The notes under the pieces: generated by a model
Databases searched by the model: none
Told to the model about the DNA's origin: nothing
The model's input: the letters and a program-made list of their open reading frames with translations, nothing else
Part shown: positions 32,567 to 45,985 of the stretch, one piece after another
How positions within the stretch are numbered: position 1 is the stretch's first letter
Layout of the letters: the number at the start of each line of letters is the position of its first letter
Assembly (NCBI GenBank): GCA_964187785.1
Contig: OZ076409.1
Span: forward strand, 58,468,001-58,532,000
Length of the DNA stretch: 64,000 bases
DNA from: Amphiscolops sp. MND2022
Lineage: Eukaryota
Direction of reading: 5' to 3'
Position numbers and translations under genes: made by a program

Positions 32567-35150
32567 AAGGAGTCGCAGATTAACATATCTGCTTGTGGCA
32601 GGAGTTGATCAAAATTTTGGTTTCGAAGATTTTGTTCGGTCACCCAGCTCGTTGACGTTCCAAAATGTGGTCCTATAGCACTCTCAATGAATGTAAACAC
32701 GCACCTACTTTTTGAGGTGATGTTCCGACAACCAATGTCCAAGTTTAAAAATCCAATTGTATCCCAAAAGTTTTACTCAAATCGAGCATTTTTTGTTCAC
32801 AACGTTTCCAGAACAAAGCTAGAAACAAGCATATCAGGTTATAGAATATGAACTCACATAAGCCATAAGCTGGCGTTTTTTCGCGCAAAAAAGTAAGCAA
32901 CTGAATCATACTTGAAAGATTTTTTTATAAAAAAATTTTATACCAAATCTCTTGAAGACTGAATATGAAAACTGATTCTGATTTATTGAAATTGTTTTCA
33001 AATTACGAAAACTATCCTTATAAAATGATTTTTTCTGTAAAACGGCAAACAGAATTTCGACAGCATTTCTATTTGTGACCAATTGAAGTGTCAATTTTGA
33101 TTCTTTCATTTGTGAACTTATTTCCCAACCTATCTATTCTAATTGAAGACACTTGTAATAGGAAAATCAGTTGTTACGGCTTGTTACAAAAAATCAATGT
33201 TTTTTTCACATTTTGCTATGCATTTTACTCGCAAACGAAGATGACACCGAAATTTGTCCTACGAAAACAATAGTTGAGACTTTTGCCAATTTCTTTTTTG
33301 CCAAAAAAAAACACAATTGGGCGATGCCGGCTCATTACTTAATGAAACCACGACTGTAACTTGAAGTGTGTTGTATTCGAAATATTAAAGCTGATTTCAC
33401 CCCGTATGGAATAAAATCGCAAAACCTGTAATCGCTTCCCAATTAATGCTCTGTTCGTCAAAAATTGACTAGAGCCAAAACTGTTCTGAAAAGGATTCAA
33501 TTTGCCGGAAATAAAGAAACTATTGTCGGAAAACTTCGAAACTGATGCCTTAATTTTTGTGATAGTTGATTGATGATGAAAACATGAACTAGGTTTTGTT
33601 TCTTTTGTCATTTCCTGCATGCTTTTTTGAAGTGAAAAAAACTCAGTACTTTCCTTGAATGATTTTCCGTAGCTTTTAAAACTGATTATTTTTGCGCTTC
33701 TTTTAATGTGCACTTCAATGACTTGCAATCATCATTTTTATTGACATGTTATATCTGTCAAGTATCAGTTTATAGGAGATATGTATCAAATTTAGCTGAA
33801 TTAAGTGTCAGATTGCTTCCTGTGTTGTTTGAAGGCTAGTATAGCTTGTTTCCGAACTGCTTTTGAGAGCCATACAAAATGTTATGACAGTATCCTGATG
33901 CATTCTACTTACTGCACTGTTTTCCGATCTCAAGAGCATGAATTTTCACTCCAAGATGAACTACAAAGTGAAACAATGTATAGAACGGTGATTTAGAACC
34001 TATAGGAAGCTAAAACCCCATGAGATCCAATTTAGGATCTCGTTTAGCTTCCCCAAAGATAAATGTTGGTTAAATTCTAGCCCAATTAAAGTCAAATTAT
34101 CCTCATTAGATAGCTGGAAAACAATACTTTCCATTTTAAAGGCAGTAAGTGAAAAACGAGCCCAACGAAAAAAAAACACATCAAAAATACCAAACAAAGA
34201 GACCGTTCTTGAAGCCTTTTTTTCATTGCATTATTTTTCGTAATCTTCCTAAACATATTGCTCCTAGTGAACTATGTTTTACACACTTTCCAGAAAATTG
34301 CATTATTTGAAGCATCAGAGAAAAGAAGTTTTAGATTTTAGGAGCTTTTGTTCTAGTAGATTTTCACATGAAATTTTTGGGAAAGAACATTTCCTCAGAT
34401 TTAAAAAGAACTGTTCAGAGCCGTTTAAGCACAATTGTTTGGTGTTTTAATACCCTCCATGTCAGAGGAATAGTTAATGAGTGACCTTTCAGTTGCGTCA
34501 AAAAACAGTTGAAACAAGTCTATTACTCTTGAAATTGCCTGCTTACATTTAAAGCGACAGTTAATTAAACAATCATCCGCAGTTTCGTCGGGGGTGGTAT
34601 CTAGTATTGATATTTCCCGCCTTCATTTCTAATATCTGAAGGGATGTCGATTTAGGAAAGCAGAAATGCTCATTGGGGAAATACCCCGTAGTTGGAGAAA
34701 TAAACTTCTCATCTTCCTTTTGAATGGGGAAGGCTAAATTGGCGATTTAATTTACACTGTCGCTTTTGGAAGAAGTGGCTTCAAAAAGTGCTGCAAAACG
34801 ATTCCAAAATGACCCCAAAAAATCAAAACGTCACGAAGCGTTTCTTTGAACAATTTCTGCAGTTTTTGAAAAGTTTCTAAACGTTTTTGTGGGTTGAAAC
34901 ATCCGCTGAGCTCAGCGACAAGCTGATCTGGTTTTTAGGGATCAGATTGACCTGCTTTAGGCATGAATGGACATCAGAGTTCTAGACAGGACAATTACCT
35001 TTTCAGCAAAGTTTTTATTGGAGAAACACTTTATTTATTTTCTAGACCCAGAATTTTTCCAAACTTGCACAAATTGTCAAAAAAGGTTTCAACTACTTCA
35101 TTCTATTTTTGTACAACCTTCCACAGGTAAGAAAATCAAGAGTTCATCAG

Positions 35151-35678
35151 AACAGGTCGGAAATGGCATAAGTCGGCGCCATATCGGAGGCCAAAAATAG
35201 CAAGAGGACATCACAGTGTGAAAAAAGCTCAAAGTATCAAACTCACAGAAACACTCTGGCGCGCTAAATGGGGGACTTTTTTGGATTTTTCAAAAGCCAT
35301 TCTGTCGCAAAAATTGAAGGGGGCCCTTTGGTGCAATCAAAACATTTTCGAAAGAAAGTCTCATAGTGTCGAAAAAAATCTAAGTCAAAAACACCAAGAT
35401 AGCCAAAGGGGATCTTCAGTATGTTTTGAGGTTCTGGACGTCGGTTTTCTCCACAATGCCAAAAAAACTGAGAGGGGTACCCTTTAGTCTTGTCCGGAAT
35501 GGTATCTTACGCTGACAAAAGGGACAGCTTTTATATTTCAATTCCTTTTGCCAAATGATCCTCTTTGGCATCTTAAAGTTTCGTAAAACTTTCTAGAACT
35601 ATTTCGGTCAGTTCGTGTGGATTGAAAAAAAGAGTCACAATTATAGTCACTTTCACTCTATGAAGCGCCGACTAAAAA
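35151..35678 (-). mobile_element. Helentron/DINE-1-like repeat, copy 2
   Basis: AAGTCGGCGCCATATC near one end and GAAGCGCCGACTAAAAA at the other; internal AGGGGG/CCCTTT-type subrepeats shared with other copies. Confidence 0.65.
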
Positions 35679-36740
35679 CTGCAGCTACTAATTCAACTTT
35701 CGTCGAAAGGTTTCAATATTGAGTGAAACAACCTAGTGGTTGCACCTAACAACGTTTAAAATGCCAAAAGTGGTCTCCAAGCTGCTCGAAAATACAGCAA
35801 GAAGACGCCGGCTGACAAGCATGATGTTTTCCGTCTAAACTGTAATAGCAACGACATAAGTTTGAGTATCAAGATTAGCCCATGCACTATGGAAACGCTT
35901 AGAAGTTTGAGGGGAATGAATGTCATGGCACTTTTTTAAGATTGTCTTCCCGTTTAAAAGAAAACACTTCCTTCATGAGCACACTAACTACCAAGTTGTT
36001 TTGTTGTTGGGTTGTGTAGATACTAGTACCTAACTCACAAAAATTTTTACAATTTCAGACAAAAAGTCACTTAATGTGGAAATATGAAAATTTTTATTTT
36101 TCAATGCTTTCTGAGCAAACAAAACTGCAAATACATTTTCCAAAATACTCACTATATATTAGGTTCAGTCGCTGTTCAAAATTTACACCAGTCGAACATT
36201 CAAAATAGCTTGAAAAACTCGCATTAAAATTTTGGATTTTGGATCATTCTGCGGATATTTTTCTAAACATGAAGCTGCAAATTAATTTTTTTAAAACCGT
36301 ACTGCTTACCTACTCATTTCGTCCGAACGTATTGCATAATACTGCGCAAAAAAAGGACAAAATAGTGTTTTACGTTTTTGACAACAACTTTGTCCAATTT
36401 TTCTGTGAAATGCCTACTGATAGCTGAGCCTGGAATGCGCACATGCTGATTCTTCATTTGAAGCTTCGGAAAGTGTGAGAAATTGAAAATAATTTGTTGA
36501 AATTTAGAAAATTGGAATTTTTTTACTCATTCTAAATATTTTGCAAAATTTCATGGGAAAAATACAAAATTCAAGGAGTGAACAGAAATTGGACTAATTT
36601 GTCAAAAAATTATCTCTCATGAATTTTCCGGTATCTAGGGGATTTTGTGATCTCTTCTTCCGAGAACCTGCAGTTATCAACAAAGCTTACTTGGTATTTG
36701 CTTCATTCGTCTCCGATCAACTTGACTACTGCAAACTTGC

Positions 36741-36931
36741 CGTTGTAATCTAGCTTTATGGTTAAAGAAGTATCTCAGTACAAAACTCAATTGTTTTCTA
36801 GCTTACTATACAAGCTTTCTGATAGTAGATCATCTGCGCTTAAGTGGCAGGTATTTAAATAAAAGAACATCAAATACAAGTGTAGTAGACAGTTTATAGA
36901 CTAATCAAGTTAATTGTCTGCACTCTCTACA
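36741..36931 (-). repeat. 3' LTR of element B
   Basis: Direct repeat of 42609-42799, preceded on the minus strand by a polypurine tract. Confidence 0.93.
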
Positions 36932-37216
36932 TTTCCCCCCTCACTATTGGCTGATGTTCGGCCAATGGGGTTCTGTTCTTCTACTGTTTGGCGGTAGTCC
37001 CTCCAATGGTCCAGTTGTTTATGGACGGATGACCGATCCTCGCTTGTATGGTTGTCACGGTGAGTGTTTTCCGTGACGTCAGTTTGCTGTCCGTTGTATG
37101 GACTAGTTGAGGTTGCTTGGTTCCGTTTCCATTTGCTTCGAGTTCAGCCTTTCTACAGTGTTTCCTGTAATCATGACATACTGGGTTATTATATCTAACA
37201 ATTGGGTTAGTTTTTG

Positions 37217-40200
37217 TTAGTCTTTTTGATCTGCGTACTGTTTGTTTTCTTCGTGTTTAATATCTGCTTCTAATTCAGTGCTAGAGCTCAGATTACTGAT
37301 CAAGTCTAATTCAGAATTTTCAAAGTTGTTCTCTTCCCCCGTTTTAGGAAAAGAAGTCAGATTTTTAAACACCTTACCATTATCATCTCTGATAAAAAGT
37401 TCATCATTCGCTTGTCTAGCGTCTTCGATAGCACGGTTGATCTCCGTGTCTGTCATGTTGGCGGCGGTGATGGTAAGTGGACCAGTGCTGCCCATCCCTC
37501 CTGGTGGGGATTGGTGGGGACTTGAGTTCCTCCGGTCTCGTATTAATTTTACTGGTCTGCCTCTGCCGTACGTACCCTTTATCACCGGGTATTGTCCGGT
37601 TGGTCCGTGGTGATTGGGCTGCTTGTCTCTGGTAGCGGTATCTCGGTATCTGATTCGATCACTTATGCCCTCTTCGGTTTTGATGGTGATCTTGTAAACC
37701 GGCCGTCTGGTCCTCTCGGCCCAGTTCCTCTGTTGTTGTTGCATTCCTGGTTAAAATTACAGATGGGTTTACTAATAGATTTCTTCTGTATTATGCTTCC
37801 GTTTGGCGTTGTTACGATATGGTTCGTTTCCGAAATAGCTAGATTCGGTATATCTGTATATGCACTTTCGAACTTTGTTTTCTGTTGTTTTTTTTCTAAG
37901 AAAAGAAAAGGGTGGTTACTAACTCCTTTATCGCTTTTTCTTGTCTTCATCGGTAGCTGGTCGGAGACACCGCCAACTCCGCTGAATGAATATACATGTA
38001 AAGTATCTGGTTTCGCTGAAAAGGAATTCTTTGTTAAATTTTTCAAGTTATCTGAGCTTAACAGGTTAGAAATTTCCGTGTTTGGTTTTCGACCGTAGTG
38101 TAGTTCGAATGCGGACTTCTTTAGTTTCGTGTGAGGTGTTTTTCTCATCACGTCTAATGACAAGTCTAGCGCTTTTCCGAACCGTTCTCCGGCCTTAATG
38201 TTCGTTAGAAGATTATCTTTCAGAGTTCTGACCCCTCTTTCTACTAAGCCTGTGGGGTTGTGGATGTACGGTGTTCCGTAGATCAGTTTAATGTAGTGTT
38301 TTTTGCAGAAATTGCGGAAAGTGCGGCCCGTAAACGCAGTTGCCTTATCGGTTCTAATTGTCTTTGGTATACCGTTCAGTTGAATATATTGTTCAAGGAA
38401 TTTTACCGCCGTTTCCCCGTCGGTGTGTTTGCAGAAACTGGCTGCCGGCCATTTGCTGTACCGGTCAATGGATAGTAGTATATAAAATCGACGGTTATTG
38501 TCCGTGATTGGTCCGATGAAATCCAATTGGATGTCTTCGTTCGGACTATTCACCGGAGGTAGGCTATTTTTTCCCGTGCTGGGTATGTAAGGTTTTATGC
38601 TCTTACCGGACATTTTGCAGGGGATGCAAGTTTCACATTTTTTCTGTATGGCTTCTGTCATCTTCGGCCACCAGAAGTGTCGAGCTGCCAGGGTCATCTT
38701 ATTGATGGCTGGATGTCTTTTGTGCAAAAGGCTGATGACTGTGGTTCGGAGGTTTTTTGGCACTATAATTCTGTCTTCCATGAAAACAAGACCGAACCGG
38801 CTGGATAGTTTTCTTCTGACCATTTGGTATTCGTCGGGTATCATTTCGTGCTGTTGTCTTTCGAGACATACCAGGGTTTTTAGCAAGCTGGGGTCATTTG
38901 TGGTCTCAGTCATTAATAGCTGCAAATCCGTGGAGAAGTTCTTTTCTGTCTCCCGCACTGCCTGTTCAAGGTTCCAGTCATTTCGCTCTTCTGCTGCAAC
39001 TCTTGGTGCGTGTCCCATCTTTACATACTGGACACTATTTACCCCGACATATCGTGCCCAATTTATTGCTGGCACCTCTAGGACCGAAGGGTCTTGGTCT
39101 GTTTCCGAGTCAATCTCACCTTCTTCCATAGGGATTGGTGCGGAGGATGGGCCAGGTTTGTCCGGTTGGTGTTGGTGGACTGGGGTTGGTCGGTCCATAT
39201 CCCAATATGGGTCCACTGTCCATTGCTCGGAGTGACCGGTTTGTGGTTGATAGCCCCCTTTGTTTTGCGGTCCGATAATTTGTCGAAGATCTTCTTGTTG
39301 TCGATTACTGGTAAGTTGTTGTAATCGTTCCTCTATGACTTGCCTCTCGTTGCGAAGGAATTTAGGTTCATGGTAGCGTTTCCATCACCCCCCGGTCATG
39401 CGGTAAATTCCGGGTTTAACAATTTCTTTCCACCGAGTCGTTAGCTCGGTTATTTCGGCAAAATTAAATCTTGCTTCGATGTTTTCGATCGTTCTAGCAT
39501 CCATTTTTAATGTGGTATGCTTTGAGTTGTTTAATTTGTTTGGCTTTGAGCGTGTGTGTACGGCGCTGTTAAGGCAATCAATGGCAGTTTGTTTACGGGT
39601 GTCGTTGGTCGATGGCTCGTTGTTCGATTTGCGTTCACTTATCTCTGTACCGTTTTCTGATTGGCTCGCATGGTTGCTAAGGCAACCGTATTTGGAGATG
39701 AAGCTGTAGTGTGGAATGATATTGTTGATTACGTATTCTTCGTCGTACGTATCGTCCGCTTGTGGTGGTAATACCGGATTTCTGCTGAGATAATTCGTGA
39801 GTGCTAAGTGTTTGCCTGCAATATGGTTTACGTTGATCGTGAAATGTGCTAACCGGTCCAACCACCGTGTTCAGCGTGCGCTATATGTTTCATTGGAGCG
39901 ATTTCGTTTAATTAATGGTTCTAATGCCTGGTGATCGGTCAAGAGTTTAATAGGTTTACCATAAACATACAGACGGAAATGTTCTAGGCCCCAAACTACT
40001 GCCAGTAGTTCGAGTTCATTGATGGCGTATTTTTTTTCTGTGTCTGATAGGAAGCGACTTGCAAAACCAATGGGTTTTAGTGTTCCATTCGGTTGTTCTT
40101 GCCATAAGGTTGCCCCTAGGCCTTTTGTGCTCGCGTCGGTTGTTATCACGTTTGGATAATCGGAGTTGTAATGTGCTAGACACGGTATTTCCGTGATCTT

Positions 40201-42541
40201 TTGTTTTAAATTTTCGAAAGCCCGTGTATGTTCTTCCGTCCAGAGCCATTTGGTATTTTTTTCAACAACTGTCTCTGACGGTTTGGGCGAAAGGTTGTCA
40301 ATGTATTTTGACAAATACTGGATGGCTCCCAGAAAGGATTTTAATTCCTTTTCGTTGTTCGGTTGTTTCAGTTCTTTTATAGCCAGTAGTTTGTCTTGTA
40401 ACGGTCGAATTCCGACTTGATCTATCCGGTGACCGATCCATTCAATTTCTGTTTTGAAAAATTCGGATTTTGTCTCACTTAGTCTGTATCCAGCGTTTTC
40501 GAGTTTGGTTAGGACGTCAATTTATTCTTTCATGTGTTCTTCTTTGGATCCTTTCGTTACCACGATGATATCGTCTAGCCATGCTGGGTGTTTGTTTTCG
40601 AGTGTCTGGTCGATCTTTTCTTGGAATATCGTCGGTATATCCGCTAACCCGTAAAATCCTTTTAGGAAGCGGTAGTAACCGGTGAAGTTTCTTCCGGTTA
40701 CGGCGAATATGCACAAGTTTCTGGCTGATTTTGAGAGTATGAGCTGACCGTAGGCATATTCTAAATCGAATTTGGAAATCCAGATTTCATCTGCTGGACC
40801 GTCTGCTATTTTTCTCGATATTCTCGAAATTAGCTCTTCCATGTTCGGCATTTGAGCTTTTCGTTTCACGGTTGTTTCGTTTAGCTTTCTTGAATCTAAC
40901 GCAATTTTACGGACTTATCTTTCTTTACCGTGATGACTGCTGGGCTCACGAAGCAATTTTCGTCAATATTGTTGGCCTTTTCAATGTGGCCTTGTTTCAT
41001 TAACTTTTCTATTTCTTTTTCCACCGATTGTTGCGAATGTATCGGTATGGGTCTTCCCTTCTGTTGTATCAATTTAGCATCTTCTTTCAGTTGTATTTTC
41101 ACTTCTAGCCCGTTTACTGTGTGGTTTTCATTGATCAGCTTTTTGAATTTCGTTTTTAGTTTCGTTACATCTGGGTCTTCTTTTATTTGGTGTATTTGTG
41201 GGACGGTCGTACCGGTCTCCAGCGTTATTCCCAATTTTTTCATCCAGTCCAAACCTAGCAAGCGGTTTGTTTTCTTGGTTGTTACTAGAAGCTCCAGTTC
41301 TTTTCGTGTTCCGTTAATTTCTACTTTCGCGGTTGTTTTCCCTTCAAATCGTGTCCGGTTGTCATTCACGTCCCGGTATTCAGTTTCTAAGGGGTGTAAC
41401 GGTGTTAACTTGTTGAATTGTGATTTTGGTATTAACGTTACTGGTGAACCGCTGTCTATTATGATTTTAATTGGTCGGTTGTTAACCAATGCGGTGATTG
41501 TGAAGAATTCCGGTCCGTTGCTGCTCATCGACCGGGTTGAGTGTATCTTTTGTTTTACTGAATGGATTGTGTTCGGTGTCCAGTCGTCTTTGCCTGCGCT
41601 GCTTGTTTCGCCTTCCATTAAGTGGTTTACTCTTTTGTTTGCGCGGCAGCATTTAGCGAAATGGCCAATTTTGCCGCATTTTGCACATTTCTTTCCTCTG
41701 GCGGGACATTCATGTTGGCGTGACCAGTTCGGTGCTCCGCAACGGTTGCAGTCAATCTTTTTAAATTTTGCCGGTTTTTCTGGTTGTTCTTTTGTGGTTT
41801 TTGTTTTTCGTTTGTTTACATATCGGATTTTCTTCTCTTCCTCTGTTTCGGGTGAGTCGTTTAATTTTTCGTACATATACTCATGTATTGCATCAGTTAT
41901 GGCTTCTACCGACATATCACTCTTTCTGATTTTCTTTTTTAAGTCGTAATCACCGGTTGATTTACCGATAAGTGACAAAAATTTTGATGCTAGGAGTTCT
42001 GCTGCGGTAACTGTTTCAAACTCGCAGTTCTTTTCCACTTCTAATATCCGTTTCCATACGTCTGCTGCAGTTTCGCCGTCTTCCCGTTTCAAATCAAAGA
42101 AATCGGCTCTGCTATGGTGTACGTTTCTCTCTGGGGTGAAGTGTAGTCGGAAGAGTGTGTAGAGTTTGTATAGTGGTAATGAGCTCGGTTCTCTTTCCCT
42201 GACCGTCTTTGTCATCTCCGTGATAGCATTTTGTCCGATTGCCCAGATAAAAATGTCTTTTATATCTGTTTCAAGTTGTTCACGGTATTGTGGTAGGATT
42301 TTTTTGCTGTTCGTCATTGTTGACAAACTATGTCTTTCGTCATTTTTATATATTGGACGAATTTTCTCCACCACATGCTTGCATTGGCTTGGTCTTGCTT
42401 TTCTAGCGTGGGAATGGTGAGCTTCTGGGTGCAGGTCCGGTCTGCCGTCCTGTTCATTGTGTCGTTCGGTAACATTTGTCCATCTCGTTGTGTTCCCGTT
42501 GACGTCTGTGTGTTCTCTCCGTCTCCCGTGTTTTCGTCCAT
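37217..42541 (-). pseudogene. gag-pol: Fragmented gag-pol of element B
   Basis: Consecutive minus-strand ORF pieces: Gag with CNRCG..HECPARGKKCAKCGKIGHFAKCC, protease IIDSGS, RT WLDD, RNase H TTDAS, integrase (HKRHP..CIPC, QLDF, RTDK, GLVERG). At least five frameshifts or stops, e.g. in-frame TGA at 39871-39873. Confidence 0.92.
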
Positions 42542-42590
42542 ATTGAATGGTTACTTTCTCTTTTTGGTGTGAATCGTGTATAGCTTGAAA

Positions 42591-42608
42591 GCTATTCTGA
42601 CTGTGCCA
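42591..42608 (-). promoter_or_regulatory. Primer-binding site of element B (tRNA-Ser-like, degenerate)
   Basis: TGGCACAGTCAGAATAGC begins immediately after the LTR terminal CA; resembles the TGGCGCAGTCGG Ser-type PBS. The tRNA identity is tentative. Confidence 0.6.
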
Positions 42609-42799
42609 TGTTGTAATCTAGCTTTATGGTTAAAGAAGTATCTCAGTACAAAACTCATTTGTTTTCTAGCTTACTATACAAGCTTTCTGATAGTAGATCA
42701 TCTGCGCTTAAGTGGCAGGTATTTAAATAAAAGAACATCAAATACAAGTGTAGTAGACAGTTTATAGACTAATTAAGTTAATTGTCTGCACTCTCTACA
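42609..42799 (-). repeat. 5' LTR of element B
   Basis: TGTTGTAATC...CTCTCTACA, direct repeat of 36741-36931. Confidence 0.93.
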
Positions 42800-43882
42800 C
42801 TTACCATCTAAAACTTTGTGCGTTCGAATGTTGTAAACTTTCAAAACTCATGGAAAGTTTCGAAATTCTTACAAAACTTGCATTGAAAAAGTCACAACCC
42901 GAAAAATTCGAGCTTTACACTCTCTACATTTCCTAAATGAAACTGCTGGTATCTCCTAAAAAGCGCCATTGAACAAATTCATCTTGCTTATCTACGTTTT
43001 TTTTTCAAACTTTTCAAAATTTGTCAATTAGACAACTGATAACTGTAAACTTTTTGTGTCTTTCCGACGTATTTTTTTAAACAACTGTAATGCATAACTT
43101 ATTGACTTGTTAGGAGCTTTTGAACATTCTAACCAATCAATTTAAAATGCTTTCCTAGGAAAGGCTAACTGAAAATGTCATTTTGAAATGTTTTGAATAA
43201 TTCAAAAATCAAAATATCTGAATGTTTCAGACTTTTTGTCAATTTTAGGAACGTTTTGATGACTTTTCAACATGAAATCACAATTGATTTTCGAAAACCC
43301 TCCTGTAGAACGCGTTGGTATGCTTTTGAATGTTTTCGTTCTTCAACAAACAAAATTCACCAACATTTTGTGTTAAAAAGGTGGGTTCACGACATTGACC
43401 TTTTTGAGATTTTGTTCTTTCTAAAAAACTACAAAACGCCTAGTGCAGCAACACTTTTATGAACTGTCTGGAGCATTTAGAACCGTCTAACGTACGCAAG
43501 CAATCATTAACATTGGAAAAAAACAATTGTGAATGCTCGATTTGTTCGTCTTTTTCCGGGTCAATTTGAGTCCTTTCCATACACAAATCGGCAAACATCT
43601 CTACACAACTCTACAACCAACTGGATAATAACTGCTTTCGTTGCTGATTTTCCTAAACAATCTCACCTTCTAAATGTTTTGAAACTTTCACGAAATTCGC
43701 GCAAAAACTGTCACTATTTTGAATTATTTTGGAGGTCAAGTGAAGCATTTTTTATTTGAAAGTTTCTATTGATTTTTCTGAAAAGCCTACTGAACAACGA
43801 TTTTTTCCTTGTGTAACGATTTATTATAATCGACGAACACCACCGAAATTTTGACAGTATTTGCATAAAAATGTTTATCTTC

Positions 43883-44050
43883 ACTTTGGGTCAATTTTGG
43901 AACTTTTGGGGGTCAATCAAAAACTCCAAAAATCTCTGTAAGTACATATCGCAAGAAACTAAGTTTACGTCAGTTAAATTCTATGGGTGAAACGCTTTAC
44001 CTTGGGTTTATTTTTGAAACATGACAAATTTTGTTTAAAAAACGTTGCTG
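43883..44050 (+). repeat. Diverged interspersed repeat, copy of ~8328-8490
   Basis: Collinear shared blocks, as listed for 8328-8490. Confidence 0.5.
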
Positions 44051-45985
44051 ATTTTAGTATTTGCATTTCTCATGTGAATTAAGGACGGAAAATAAACAAT
44101 TATAAACCATACAATCAGATATCGAAACGGCAGTCCACACAGCTACAAATAGGCCGCGAAGACCATACAATGATATCCAGGCATAAATTCTGCGGTTTTC
44201 GCAATTTTGGGTAGCTTTTTGCTAAAATTCATCAAAACCGTAAGTTTGTCACCTTTAAAAAACGCGAATTTTTTCATCGTTTTTCTCAGTTCTCAGTTAG
44301 CATCTGTCTGTCAGTCTCCCTCGACATTTCGGTTTTTCACTTGGTCTGCTTTTGTCTTCGCTGTACATGTAAAATGGCGGAAACAGCGAAAAAGGCAATC
44401 ATATGTTCAATGCCATGTCAAACGTCGGATTAGATTTTTTCTCCACTCTCTGCAACATGGTTCAATGATCACGTCATTGTATCAGGGGGTTGGGGTGGTG
44501 TGATAACGCAATGCACATTGGAGTGTGACGTTACATGTTTTCAGCACTTTTAGTCAATGTTTTGTATTTTATTGAGTATGGGGATCCACTGAGTTGAACG
44601 ACGAAACATTTAGCTTCTTAGTAGCTATTAATTTGAGAAAGTATTGATTTTTTTTCTGCCAAAAATGTGTCGGATGACACAAAGTATCAAATACCTCTTT
44701 TTGGGCTCATTGTGTAGTGATTACACTAGCATTACACCTGGTTTGGCGCGTAACCGGGTCCGCGTCTGCCTCAACTCACTTTGATTGGGTTTTGAGCAAG
44801 TTATTCATCCTTATCTAAGTGGAATAGCTAAATAAAAAAGACGCATTTGACGGAGAAAGCAAAAAGGAAAAAGTAATGCCAAAGCAGAACTTTGTGGCTT
44901 TGAGCAAACACTTCGAAGTCAAAGCATCAAACCAAACAATGTTTCACCACGTGGCTGAAAAAAAGGTACCGTAGCCTGTTGTGGCGAGTACCTGGAAAGG
45001 GCACTGTTTTAGAAAAACATAACTGCCTACTCGGCCTCCAACCCGTGAAATAGGTGAATTTAACCATGAGGCAATTGGCTATCCAAATAATTATCAAGCG
45101 CGATTGTGCGAAATAGTGCCAACGCTTGAAACAAATTAATCAATTATATCCAAATAAATTGACCCTCGGTGCCCGACTGAACAAAAATTAAATTGGCTTT
45201 CAAAAGCCGCGATTAGGTTGGTTCTTGCATTCTTTATGGCATTTGCAGGGCACTTATCAAATGCCAGCATTCAAGGGACCATGATTTATTTGCTTTAGAA
45301 AGGTTGCTCAACAAATTCATTTGAACCATAGTTGCAAGAATATCAAATTGTCAAGTCTATCGACTTAAATGAATGGCAATTTTTGTAACTGAGTTGCCAC
45401 CTCTGTGATTAAACAAAAGGGAGAGCCTTTGACGCCACGTGATGACCTAATATATAGCCCAATACGCACCCTGTGGCACTGTCATGGAAAGTATGTTTGT
45501 TACCCGTTTAGTTAACGAGATAAAGGTGAAATGTAGACTATTGCCTTTCACACACACAGCTTCAAATAAAGTATCGACCATTTTCCATAACGTTTGAACA
45601 GATGCTGAAGTGAAATCTATTTAAGCAATTCGTGTCAGCCACTTTCATTTGAGCCATTGAAATCTTATCTCAAAGAGAAGTTTCGTGTAGAGCTTTGATT
45701 TGATGGGTGGAAATTCGCGAGAAACCAAGTTTTTTTCTATTTTTTTTCAAGTTTAAAATTGGTCTCATATAGTCTATTGCAATGACAGAGTTCAAACACA
45801 AAATAGTTGCCTTCTCATACTCTTTAAGAAAGAGATGAAAAATTCGAAAAGTAGAAAAGCCTCAAACTACCCGAACAAGGCAAAAAAATATCCAGAAATT
45901 TCTTGAGTTAAAGATCCACATAGCTGAACAAAAATTTAGGCAAAATACGCATACTGTTTCGAAAAAACTCAGTTTTTCAAAAAAC

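Larger units (their letters stand above)
36741..42799 (-). mobile_element. Element B: decayed ~6.06-kb Gypsy (Mag-like) LTR retrotransposon
   Basis: 191-bp LTRs 36741-36931 and 42609-42799 (3 mismatches seen). PPT GAGGGGGGAAA at 36932-36942 (-); PBS TGGCACAGTCAG directly after the 5' LTR; imperfect 5-bp TSD CTTGC/CTTAC. Confidence 0.93.

Noticed and set aside
40930..41949. 339-aa plus-strand ORF (also 38597-39235 and the many short plus-strand ORFs over element A)
   Set aside because: Antisense shadows of gag-pol coding sequence with no independent motifs.
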